From the NCBI GenBank assembly GCA_964016885.1, contig OZ024741.1, forward strand, positions 35,030,001 through 35,094,000: a stretch of 64,000 nucleotides of DNA, given 5' to 3'. The position numbers and the translations under genes were made by a program. The notes below the pieces were generated by a model. That model had not been told where the DNA came from. It was given only the letters and a program-made list of their open reading frames with translations, and did no database searches. This document shows positions 42,553 to 56,315 of the stretch, piece after piece (position 1 is the stretch's first letter; every line of letters starts with the position of its first letter). The DNA comes from Eledone cirrhosa. Its lineage: Eukaryota.

Positions 42553-42636
42553 ATAATTATTCCATTACCAAAGGTTTCAGGAAACTAGACGATTCTTCTA
42601 GGAACGTCCAACCTGTTCATCAGATGAAATAATTAT
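42553..42636 (-). ncRNA. Type I hammerhead ribozyme with extended stems
   Basis: ataattatttcat-CTGATGA-acagg ttggacg..cgtctag tttcct-GAAA-cc ttt gg-TA-atggaataattat. A partial inverted copy lies at 42756-42840. Confidence 0.8.
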
Positions 42637-42914
42637 GTTTTGGATATAAATTTTGAAATTGATATCTATTAAAAATAAAATAACATCTTATAACGGAAAT
42701 ATATATACACACATACAAATATACGTATGTATATTTGTATGTGTGTATATATATAGGCTGGACGTTCCTAGAAGAATCATGTAGTTTCCTGAAACCTTTG
42801 GTAATGGAATTATTATATTATGTTGTTTATTATGTAATTATATGTATATATATGTATGTATATATGTATATACATATATATATATGTATGTATATATGTA
42901 TATACATATATATA

Positions 42915-43014
42915 CAGGGTGTCCCAATAAAATGTATACTTACTTCAACAGCATTCTAATAAATATTGCTTGTAGAAATAATTAAAGCGTGTATATATTT
43001 TTGGGGACATCCTG
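42915..43014. mobile_element. Tc1/mariner-type MITE, 100 bp
   Basis: TIRs CAGGGTGTCCC / GGGACATCCTG, flanked by TA on both sides. Confidence 0.8.
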
Positions 43015-43062
43015 TATGCACACACACACACACACACATACATATATATATATACACACACA

Positions 43063-43192
<130 letters not shown>

Positions 43193-43400
43193 TATATGTG
43201 TGTGAGAAAAACCACAGACCCTCCATCTCAACTCTACTTTTGAAAAGCAGAAGAACTGCGAAACCGGTAAAGGAACCAAATAAATATATATATTTAAAAA
43301 AAATAAGACTCCAGTTGCATTTTCGATTTCATCTTTTTTTCTTTATACTTTCACTCGTGTAGGACACCTCGGTTATTTTTCATTTTGTAAAAAAACCCAC

Positions 43401-44596
<1,196 letters not shown>

Positions 44597-44929
44597 ATAT
44601 ATATATAAACAAACATAAATTATCGAGAATCGCATTTCGGCCCACGAAATAACGAAAAACAACCTCCGAGATGTGTGGCAAGTGCTCAATGATTCAGATG
44701 AACTAGAGCTATAACAAACGTTAAAGGCCAAACACACGAAATCATTCGCATAGCCAAAAAACAGTACCATAAAAACATGTTTAACATGACAAAATAGTCG
44801 AACATCTATTGGTACGAATAAGGGAGAAATGAGAAAGCCTTTAATCTTTTCTTATGACATCAAGTTGTCTTTTCTCCCATTATACTAGAATAAAGATATA
44901 TATACATACATATTTACATACATATATAC

Positions 44930-44972
<43 letters not shown>

Positions 44973-44979
44973 TATATAT

Positions 44980-45800
44980 ATATGAATGTATATATAGTGT
45001 ATTTTGCAATACACTGTATGCTTAATTAAAAGCATTTCAAAGACCTTATGCTATTGTTTTAGAGTAGTGACAGACTCACTTACTTTAATTTTCAGCAAAC
45101 AGGGGGAGATAAAGCTGACAAGGCCTTGTTTCTCATTTATTGATGCTTATCAAAGCCAACTACTCCTCCTGTTTGCTGAAATCATGGATGTTTGGTTCTT
45201 ATAGAATTCTAGTAAATAATCAGGAACTGATTATACAGAGTGGTTGCCGGTCAAGCAGAAATTGAAAATTAGAATTGGTGCTCTGAAATAGCTATATATA
45301 TATGAATGTATATATAGTGTATTTTGCAATACACTGTATGCTTAATTAAAAGCATTTCGAAGACCTTATGCTATTGTTTTAGAGTAGTGACAGACTCACT
45401 TATCTTAATTTTCTGTAAACAGGGGGAGATAAAGCTGACAAGGCCTTGTTTCGCATTTATTGAGGCTTATCAAAGCCAACTTCTCCTCCTGTTTGCTGAA
45501 ATCATTGATGTTTGGTTCTTATAGAATTCTAGTAAATAATCAGAAACTGATTATACAGAGCGGTTGCCGGTCAAACAGAAATTGAAAATTAGAATTGGTG
45601 CTCTGAAATAGCTATATATATATGAATGTATATATAGTGTATTTTCCAACACACTGTATGCTTAATTAAAAGCATTTCGAAGACCTTATGCTATTGTTTA
45701 TGTATTGAAAAATACACTATATATACTTTCATATATATATAGTTATTTCAGAGCACCAATTCTAATTATCAATTTCTACTTGACCGGCTGTTGCCGATTA
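44980..45800 (-). mobile_element. Retrozyme-like family R3: 320-bp tandem unit (2+ copies) with inverted tail and degenerate HHRs
   Basis: Period 320 (45004/45324/45644); inverted piece at about 45700-45790. Minus-strand ggct-TTGATAA-..-GAAA-caag gc cttg-TC-agct at 45108-45160 and 45428-45480. Confidence 0.75.
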
Positions 45801-45805
45801 TTTAC

Positions 45806-46330
<525 letters not shown>

Positions 46331-46502
46331 TATATATAAATGAAAATAGAGAAATTAATGTAAGCAAAAAGCCGACAATAATTCAGACATATAAGTGACT
46401 ATTACATCAAGATGAACAATTTTTAACGTAAGATAAGGGATAAATAATTCAATCTTAATTCAAAACAAGTCAAGAAGAAAAATGTTATCCTCAGACTTTG
46501 TG

Positions 46503-46565
<63 letters not shown>

Positions 46566-46761
46566 GAAAAACACTGTAAATGAAAGCACACTCTCCTGTG
46601 TTTTTCCTCTCTATATTGTATTTTGAAGTGCCCAGGTATCTTTTCCTTTGAGCTCATTAAATTGCAGGGATAAACGTGAGTCCTTTACTCCGTTGCTTTA
46701 CTTGATATATATATATAATATTTTTTTTTTCACTAGCTCTGACAGTTGGCAGGTGAACAGT

Positions 46762-46811
46762 GAACTGTACTGATGAAGGGTAATACCCAGAAACATTTGT
46801 GTCTGAAGTTC
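46762..46811 (+). ncRNA. Type I hammerhead ribozyme
   Basis: gaactgta-CTGATGA-a gggt aat accc a-GAAA-cat tt gtg-TC-tgaagttc. GUC cleavage triplet. Confidence 0.8.
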
Positions 46812-46965
46812 TGTTTACATGCCAACACAAGAGCAAGAATGAGGGGCTCATTCTACTGACATGGCTTTAAAAATGAGGCTTGTTTGCATAATTGTAAACG
46901 AATCGAATATTATTATTAATATTCGAAAATCTCAGATTACATATATATATATATATACAGACACA

Positions 46966-47111
<146 letters not shown>

Positions 47112-47517
47112 GTGTATACAAATGTATTTTTCCTATTTTCTCCTTAACAAGGTCTAACAGTAGTTTAAAAAAGTAAAGTGGAACAGGACACAAAGCCAAT
47201 TCGAAGACACAGTCTTCAAAACACGCCTGAGTTTTGATGGTAATGAAATATGAAGTAGAAGATATGCTGTTATCAGCTTATCAGCACAAGTTTATCGCAG
47301 ATAAAGCAGTAAAGGTCTTGGACAGGATGAGTTATGGGACCAACTAACACACAGGCTGACTATGTTATATGCCGGATATACCCGCTCTACTCACACACAT
47401 TTTTACACTCTCGATAACGTCACCAGCTGCAGTCTCATTTTATATATCTATATATTTCTATACCTATCTATCAAAATAACACTCACTGATGTTAGCCATA
47501 AAGTCGCGCGCATTTTC

Positions 47518-47639
<122 letters not shown>

Positions 47640-47644
47640 ACTCC

Positions 47645-47713
<69 letters not shown>

Positions 47714-47721
47714 ACTCCCAT

Positions 47722-47766
<45 letters not shown>

Positions 47767-47786
47767 CTTTCACACACACACATATA

Positions 47787-47840
<54 letters not shown>

Positions 47841-47843
<3 letters not shown>

Positions 47844-48044
47844 CGAAGGAAATGTGGTAAGGAACCAGGTGGACCATAACGCACCAAAGTACTCAATACT
47901 TGAGGTAGTAGAGTGGGTAATAGGAACCAGTAAGACCCCGACAGCTGAGCTCAAGCCGTTTCGACGGCTAATTCTGGACAATATAGTCCAGAATTAGCCG
48001 TCGAAACGGCTTTAGCTCAGCTGTCGGGGTCTTACTGGTTCCTA
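47841..48044 (-). mobile_element. Fold-back element family P, copy 4
   Basis: Hairpin 47920-48044 with subfamily-specific changes on both arms; tail on the left. Confidence 0.8.
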
Positions 48045-48095
48045 TATATATATATATATATATCTTTCACACACACACACACATATATATATGTA

Positions 48096-48173
<78 letters not shown>

Positions 48174-48302
48174 CCTATATATACATATTATTATCATATA
48201 CGGATATATGTGGAAGTCAATGGTAGTGCCCCAGCATGGCCTCAGCCTTTCGGCTGGAACAGGAAATAGAATTATATATATATATATATATGAATAAAGT
48301 TC

Positions 48303-48404
48303 GTCCTTCATCAGTGATCTTCCAACCATCATTGGTATTTCATCGCTTTAAAGACCATATACCTCCGGTTGGTGCGAGCAACGGCTAAAAAAAGACGTTG
48401 GGAC
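48303..48404 (-). ncRNA. Candidate non-canonical (pseudoknotted, k-turn-containing) hammerhead-like RNA
   Basis: gtcc-caacgtct(t6)agccgttg-c-tcgc-a-ccaacc-GGA-ggta-TA-tggtctt-taaa-gcga-t-GAAA-tacc-aat-GAT-ggttgg-aagatca-CTGATGA-a-ggac. Identical copy at 48940-49041. Confidence 0.65.
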
Positions 48405-48939
48405 ACGTAAATAAAGGGGACACGAGAGTGTAAACAAACAAAGATGGTGAAGCAACGAAAAATGAGGAAGAAAGAGTCAAGTCCCAAATTTCCATGAATA
48501 TATGTTCGGTGAAATCGTGAACGAGAGAGAATAAAGACCATCAAACCTGGTTGGAATGTGAGCAAGGAAGGAATTCCGTACAGGTCTAGCGGGAGGAAGA
48601 AGGAATCTAGTCTGTGAATTCGGTGAACATAAGTTCTGTGGAATCGTAGACGAGAGAGAGAAAAAAAGCGAACCTGCCTGACCAAGAGTGCGAAAGAAAA
48701 GAATTACGCACAGGTCAAACGGGAAGAAGGAGGAGGAGGAGAGGTAGTAACAGAGAGTGAGTAAGTGAAGGGTGAGGAAGAGGCTAACAGAGAGAGTGAC
48801 TGTTAGAGAGGGTAAAGATACAGAGAAAGAGGAAGCAGTAAGAACGAAATAGACGGGTCACAGCGGGGGAAAAAATATGTGTAAATATGAGAATAAACGT
48901 GCTGCGTGGTTGCTAATGGGTTACATATGAATAAAGTTA

Positions 48940-49041
48940 GTCCTTCATCAGTGATCTTCCAACCATCATTGGTATTTCATCGCTTTAAAGACCATATACC
49001 TCCGGTTGGTGCGAGCAACGGCTAAAAAAAGACGTTGGGAC
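48940..49041 (-). ncRNA. Second copy of the candidate non-canonical hammerhead-like RNA
   Basis: Same sequence as 48303-48404. Confidence 0.65.
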
Positions 49042-49235
49042 ACGTAAATAAAGGGGACACGAGAGTGTAAACAAACAAAGATGGTGAAGCAAAGAAAAAT
49101 GAGGAAGAAAGAGTCAAGTCCCAAATTTCCATGAATATAAGTTCGGTGAAATCGTGAACGAGAGAGAATAAAGACCATCAAACCTGGTTGGAATGTGAAC
49201 AAGGAAGGAATTCCGTACAGATATATATATATATG

Positions 49236-49420
49236 AAAAGAGGCAGGACCCCGACGGCTGAGCACCGGCCGTTTCGACAGTTAGATCCGAACTCGAATCT
49301 AGCTGTGGAAACGGCCGGTGCTCAGCCTTCGGGGACCTGACTCTTTTTCTATTACCCACTCTGCTACCCATAGTATCAAGTACTCTGGTGCGTTATGGTC
49401 CATCTGGTATCTTATCACAT
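49236..49420 (+). mobile_element. Fold-back element family P, copy 5 (divergent subfamily)
   Basis: Hairpin about 49236-49350 (gacccc gacggctgagcaccggccg tttc ... GAAA cggccggtgctcagcc) plus tail. Confidence 0.75.
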
Positions 49421-49564
49421 CTTCTTTGGGAGGGTCATGTTGCCAATAAGAAACACACGCACCAGTTGGTCTCACTCCAATCAACATGACCCTCCCAAAG
49501 TATAACAATATCGGTTTCAACACACGTTTTCAGATAAAGAATCTTGCTAAACAAATTCAGAAAC

Positions 49565-49627
<63 letters not shown>

Positions 49628-49879
49628 AGAGAGAGTATTGAAGTTTGCTTGAAGCATTGTGGAATAATAAGGTAGATTCTTTAAGTCGTTTGGAAGCCTC
49701 GACAATGCAGATGGGTAAATCTCCGGGTAACAAGATCCGATGGTGGAAAGAGAGATGTAAGTGGGTGTACGTTGAGATGCGTGGCGTGTATAAGACTGTA
49801 ACGTGTAGAGGAATGAAGGAAAGGGCGTAAAAGGATAAAAATAAAAATAACAACACGAGAAACAGTTACCTTGGGAGAG

Positions 49880-49921
<42 letters not shown>

Positions 49922-49922
49922 C

Positions 49923-50008
<86 letters not shown>

Positions 50009-50046
50009 AAAGAAATAGGATTTCGCTTCAAGCATAGCTTTATACA

Positions 50047-50218
50047 ATATGTATAAATATTTCGTATCTCCTAAAGAAAGTAAGTTTTAGGAAGCCGTAG
50101 CTATGCAAACACCCTGGTGGCTAACGCCTCTCTGGTGATGTCGCGTTAGCCCCCGGTGTTTGCATAGCTACGGCTTCCTAAAAATATTTCTTTGGAGATA
50201 CGAAATATTTATACATAT
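50047..50218. repeat. About 170-bp imperfect palindrome next to (TA)n
   Basis: ATATGTATAAATATTTCGTATCTCC...TAGGAAGCCGTAGCTATGCAAACACC / GGTGTTTGCATAGCTACGGCTTCCTA...GGAGATACGAAATATTTATACATAT. Confidence 0.9.
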
Positions 50219-50244
50219 ATATTATATATATATATATGTATATA

Positions 50245-50292
<48 letters not shown>

Positions 50293-50960
50293 TTATATGA
50301 TAGACTCTTCTGTCGCATATCGACGTATGAGGGTCAACAGTCTTCTCGGTCATTTTTTATGATTATGCTTTAAATGACACTTTAGTCGAGTTGTTATTTA
50401 CACATCAAACTGTATTTAATGCAGATGACAGGATTTTGAGCGGAGCACGATGGAAGGTTTGATCGGATCTTTGTGTTAGATCTTAGATCACGAAGATGGA
50501 CCAGACGAGATTTTTCAAAGTTCATAGCAGACATTTCTCCATTTTCCATTGGTCAGCAACTAAGGCTTCAAAGAAGTAAGAGGGATGTTCACGGGTGTGT
50601 TTAAGATTGTACATGTTTTACCTTAAAGCGTTGATGTCCTTCATCAGGAGATAGAATGAGAAATAAAGAAGAAATAGAAAGATAGAGGAGGGGAGAAGAC
50701 GAAGAAATGGAAAAATAAATTGAGAAAAAGTACATGTGCATTCAGCCAGCCTTATATATATATATATCTTACATAAGAAAATTTGTACAATGTACATAAT
50801 ATCTCAATGAAAAAAAAAGATCGCTAAATAAATCTAATTCAGAGAAGAAGCTAATACATCTTATACTAAATCGCCTGATCGGGTAAAATAATCTAAAATA
50901 ATCTAAAATAACACTTGACAAGTATCTTTCTCTAGGGGATAGGGATAAGGCTTCACTAAG

Positions 50961-51021
50961 TTCCCTTACTGCAGTTTCCAAGATCAAGATGAGGCCTTCT
51001 AGCTTTGGATTGCCAGGGGAA
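50961..51021 (-). ncRNA. Degenerate hammerhead remnant
   Basis: ttccc-CTGGCAA-tccaa...ttg-GAAA-ctgcag-TA-agggaa. Two core substitutions; palindromic stem III. Confidence 0.4.
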
Positions 51022-51127
51022 GATACTTGTGAAGTGTTCTTATTTTAGATTACTTTACTGGGTGATTTTAGATTACTTTATGTCAGTGATTTTGTATACG
51101 ATGTTCTCTTTCTCTCTCTCTCACTCA

Positions 51128-51256
<129 letters not shown>

Positions 51257-51267
51257 ATATATACACA

Positions 51268-51905
51268 CAGTAATCCCCCGTTTATCGCGGGGGATACGTT
51301 CCAGAACCAACCTCGATAAATGAGAATCCACGATATAGAGAGACCATAAAGACAGCTGTTGTTTTTATAGTTTAAGCCTTAAAATACCTTTCCTATAAGC
51401 TTTAAGTACATATAAACTCATTAAAACTCATTAAAACACACTTTTGTATTCAAACACCAAAAACAGTCAGTAACGATCGTATAGAAACTACCACCAACCA
51501 TCGTACCACTAGTTACCAATGAAGACCATTACCAGCCACGTTAGCCGCTTGGTAATACACTGCACATCTCCCATCAATCTATGAAGGGTTTGTAGTAGAT
51601 TAGAGAAAAACGCTATCAGTAAAACAGTAATAGAATGAAAAATAAAAACATATTTTAATAGTTAAAGCCTTAAGATGCCCCTTCCTTACGATATACTCTT
51701 CAATCACATCGAAACTTATTTAATAAGTTTGAATTTTAAACACATTTTATTCAGACGTACCGCGATAAGAAAATAAATATGTCCTAACGAAAAATCCGTG
51801 ATGTAGCGAGGATTACCGCGATAGGAAATTGGATACGTTCCAAAGAAAAATCAACGATGTAGTGGAACCACGAAATGTGAACAGTGATATAGCGGGGGAT
51901 TAATG
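51268..51905. mobile_element. Tigger/pogo-like non-autonomous DNA transposon
   Basis: TIRs CAGTAATCCCCCG.TTATC / GATATAGCGGGGGATTAATG; repeated CCGCGATA subterminal motifs. Confidence 0.7.
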
Positions 51906-52459
51906 AAAATATATATATATATATAAATTTTAGCAACTTCCGTCCGTCCGTCACACAAAGTGCGTGTGTGTGTTTGTGTGAATGTATATGTGTAAAAAGA
52001 AGGAAAGGGGTGGTGAATAAACTATAGCAAAACAGCGACTGGCGTTTCATTTGCTACGCTGTGTTTGAGTGTCTGTGTATGTGTATGTTTGTGTAAATGT
52101 ATGTGTGTGTGCGTTTATGTGAATGTATGTGTGTGTTTGTGTGAATGCATGATTATTTGTGTGAATGTATGTCTGTGATCGTGCATTTTTGTAAGTACGT
52201 CTGTTTTTGCGCGTTTATATTTACATACTCATACATATAAATGTATGTATATGCACATTCACACATATACACACACATACACATACGCGTCAGCGTGTTG
52301 AAAAAATCCTAGTATACAATAATTCTAAGGTAAGAAATTGTCTAGACAAATGTATCCACAAATGCGTGTAAGAAGATTTGAGAGTAAAGTTGTTAGAAGA
52401 TCGATTTTTACCATATATATATATTTATATATATATTTATATATATATATATATACATA

Positions 52460-52517
<58 letters not shown>

Positions 52518-52533
52518 GAGAGAGAGAGAGAGA

Positions 52534-52586
<53 letters not shown>

Positions 52587-52843
52587 AATTGTAAAGAATT
52601 ATAGATAGATATATAGATAGATTTCTTTATTTACCATAAAGGCATAAAAAGAAGGGACAAATACAAAGGGGGAGTTTACATACAATCGAGTAAAAAGGGT
52701 ATAAAATGAAAATAATTGAAAATAACCTCAAAAGGGAGGGGACGTGATGGGGGTTGCACCCCCCCCCCCCCCCCGAAAAAGTGTGCAATCCTTTGCCCGG
52801 GGAGCACATGGAGAAGGTGCTCCCCTCTCCTTTACTTCTCTAC

Positions 52844-55800
52844 CTACAGGATGGTATACAGAGAAGGCCCATTTGCACGAGCCATTCTCGCCACTATCAC
52901 CCACCTTTCATAAAACTGCCTGTGGCCAAGCACCTCTCTCTCCATTCTTATCCTTCTTCCGAAGTGATATCGGAAGAAGTAGACCAGACTATGGCCAGAG
53001 AGGAAGTTGCCTGACCTCAGACCTTTCAATCGTGTCCACCAAACAACCTCTTTCAACATGGCTATTACGCACAGAAAAACCGCCTTTGCTTCCTTTGTGA
53101 AGAGGGGAGGCGGTTTGATTGTCATCACGGACTCGGCGGTCAATTTAATCGGCGCCACCCGCGACAGTAGTCGTTCGGCGTAGCCCCACAGATCAGCCAC
53201 ACCCGGACATTGCACCAATGCATGCGCAACGGTTTCTTCGTGACGCACGCATCTAGGGCAAATCTTTTTTGAGGGATCCCTGCCCGGGCGCCCGTGTCTG
53301 TAGAGCCTCTCTCGAACGGGTAGAGCCCCTCGGTAGCACTGCCAGGCCAGTGACTTCTGGAAGTTGTCCATTGGTCCTGGGCCGAAAGTCCTACCGAACA
53401 GGCTGGCCAGTTCGTCTTCTTCCATGTCCAGCGACTCTCCAAGGGTGTCATCGCCCCTGCTAGCCACCAGTCCTCTATAGAATGATGAGGTGGATTCTCC
53501 ACCGATGGCCTGGCCCGCTTGCCAGAGAGCCCTGAGCGCCTGAGCACACTCAGTGTGCCAGTCTCCCAGTTTTCCGGATCTTTGCTTGACCCAGGACTGT
53601 AGCTCGGTGAGCGAGACGAGTCTCGGAAAGGCTCGTTTCACGAACGGAGCCCACACCGGTTGACCAGTGAGGAATACCTGTAGGTGCCGTAGCCTTAATG
53701 CGTGCCTACGCATCATCAACCACGGCATCCCCAGCCCTCCTTTCGAAGGTTGTTGGCAGCAGATGGATCTTCTCACCATAGGAGGGCGCTTCTTCCAAAG
53801 AAATTGGAAGAGCATGCGTTCCATGGTGGTGAGTGTTTCCTTAGGGTAAGGCACGACAGTCAGGCGGTAGTAAGTGACGGACGCTATGTAAATGTTCGCC
53901 ACCTCCGCCCGGCCTTTTAGGGACAGCTTACACTTGGCCCATTTCTGGGTTAGTGCAAACACCTTGTTCTCGTAACCTTGTTCCAGTTCTTTTCCACCTG
54001 GAGGTCCGGTCCAAACCAGACCCCAAGCAACTTTACCGGGCCCTCCGTCCAGTGTCCGACGACACCGTCGGGAGGCATCGGTCTGCTTCTCCACGTTCCG
54101 AGTTGCAGCCCGATGGATTTTTCCCGGTTCAGTTTCGCTCCTGACAACCTTTCGTAATCCTCCAGTAAGGTACCGATCGCCTCGATCTCCGAGTCGGTCG
54201 ATACCATTACTGTTACGTCATCGGCGTAGGCCGACACCGCTTTGCTCAATCCTGGTTCCAGGGGGATACCCTGCAACAACTCCAACTTCCTCAGTAAAGG
54301 CTCGAGAGTCAATACGTACAGAAGGGAGGAGAGAGGGCACCCCTGTCGAATGGATCGTGTGATTTTGAACGGCTTCGAAAGGTAGCCGTTCACCTTGATC
54401 CTAGAACAGATGTGGTTGCTATGTAAGGCAGTGATCCAGCCTCTGAAAACAGGACCGAACCCAGCCGCCGCTAGCACCGCATCCAGGTAACCATGGTCGA
54501 CCCTATCGAAGGCCTTAGACTGATCCAAGTTGATCAGGGCCCCACCGAAGCCGGGTTTGTTGCCAACCCTCTCTATGATGTATCACATGAGGTGGAGGTT
54601 ATCGTGAATGGACCTGGATGGGATAGCACATGTCTGCGCATCTCCCACCAGGCCACCCACGACAAGCGCCAACCTCTTTGCTAACACCTTGGCCAAAATC
54701 TTTAACTCTGTGTTTAGCAGGGTTATGGGCCGAAAATTATTTATACTATCTCCCTTGTTCTCGTCCTTCCTCACCAGCGTGACTACGCCCTTGGCTACAG
54801 AACAAGGAATTCTCCCGTTCTGCTGCCAATTGCAGTAGACCGCTTCGAGGAGTTCGGAGAAGAAGACCGGCATTGCTAAATAAAGTTCGTAAGGTATACC
54901 ATCGAGACCTGGAGATTTGCGTCTGCTGCATTGGCTCAGCGCATCTCCGATCTCATCAGCCGAGATTGGTCCCTTGCAGGACTCCGCCTCTTCGCTCGAG
55001 AGACGCGGCAGGCCGTCGAGGTATGGACCGAAATCCACGTCCCCGTCCGGACCCTCGCCTCCCCTGAACAATCGGGCAAAGTGCCTTTGAAAGGTCTCGC
55101 ACATCTGCTTAGGCTCCTGGATCACCCGTCCATCTTCGTCTTGCAACGACCGGATGGTGGATCGATTTCCACTCTTAGCTTCTGTCACGCGGGCCCAGCC
55201 AACGGCTTTGGCCCCCTCATTACCTAGAGCACGTATTTTACTTCGAATGAAGCAGCCTTCGTGTTTTGCATCGAAAAACTGGTTCAAGGCCGTCCTCGAT
55301 GCCAGCACTCTGGCCACATCTTCGCCCTTGATTGCCTCTTCTAATTTACCTGTTAATTCTTTCTCGTTTCTATTCCTATCGGCAGCTAACATCTTGCTAT
55401 AACTTATTGATTCTGTTTTAATCTCTCTTTTGAGAGACGCCCACCATCGGTTGTTGACGATTGCACCCGTCAACCTCTCCTTAACTAATCTGCTAATCCG
55501 GTTTCTGTAAGTCTCTTTTGCCGGTAAAGACAAATTAAGTTTCCAGTAACCGGGACCCTGTTTATGTGTTTTCTCGAGATTGACTACGCAGGTCACTAAT
55601 TTGTGATCCGTGTAGCCAACCGTGCGCATTTCTGGACAGCTTAATATGTCCCTATCCTTACTTCTAACTAAGAATCTATCTAAGTACGATCTAGATTGAC
55701 CACTGTGGTTTCTCCAAGTCCAGGTAGGCACAGTTGGAAAATCTAGTCGATATCTATCGACCAAGTTAAAACGGTCGAGTAACCCCTTGAGGCTGTTACA

Positions 55801-56282
55801 CCCCCTCTATTAGGACATGCTCCTGCATAGTCCCAACGTGCATCTAGGATGTCATTCCAATCCCCCGCTAGAAGCAGGGAACGCGACGTTCCCAGAAAAG
55901 TATCTAAACGCTGGAAGAAGTCGGGCCGTTCAGCTCCGAAAGGGGAGTAGACGGCGACCAGTCTTAAGGCCGCACCTTCACTACTGCCAACGTCTAGCAC
56001 CAACAAACGACCCTCCGGGTCCGAGTGCACAACCTGTACGGCAAGACCCAGGTGTTTTTGCAGCAGTACGACAACCCCACCCCCACCTCCAGGTTGACAG
56101 AGAGATGCATGCACCTCAAAGTCATCGAAGGTAGGGGCCAGCTGCCGCACGACGCTGATCCGAGTCTCACAGATAACCATTACATTTATACCACATGACC
56201 TGAGGTCATTTAGAAGCTTTGCTTGCTTCCAAGTTGAGCCCAGGCCACGTGCATTTAAACATCCTACTCTTAACACATCCAT
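52844..56282 (-). pseudogene. Tx1/L1 ORF2 (APE endonuclease, reverse transcriptase, C-terminal Cys/His domain), split by frameshifts
   Basis: GCLNARGL, ICET, AGDWN, SYLDRF, TDH; KSPGLDG, NFRPITLLN, DQSKAFDRVDH, IRQGCPLS, AYADD; CPRC..EETVAHALVQC. Confidence 0.9.
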
Positions 56283-56315
56283 GTGGGCGGCAGAGCCAAA
56301 GGAGAGTGTAGAGAC

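Larger units (their letters stand above)
48290..49220 (-). mobile_element. TA-flanked element family K: 637-bp unit with about 295-bp direct repeats
   Basis: 48290-48582 is repeated at 48927-49220. A diverged relative lies at about 62130-62400 (+). Confidence 0.8.

Noticed and set aside
50590-50662. Minus-strand CTGATGA-aggac resembling family K
   Set aside because: No matching GAAA, stem III or stem I partner could be found on either side.
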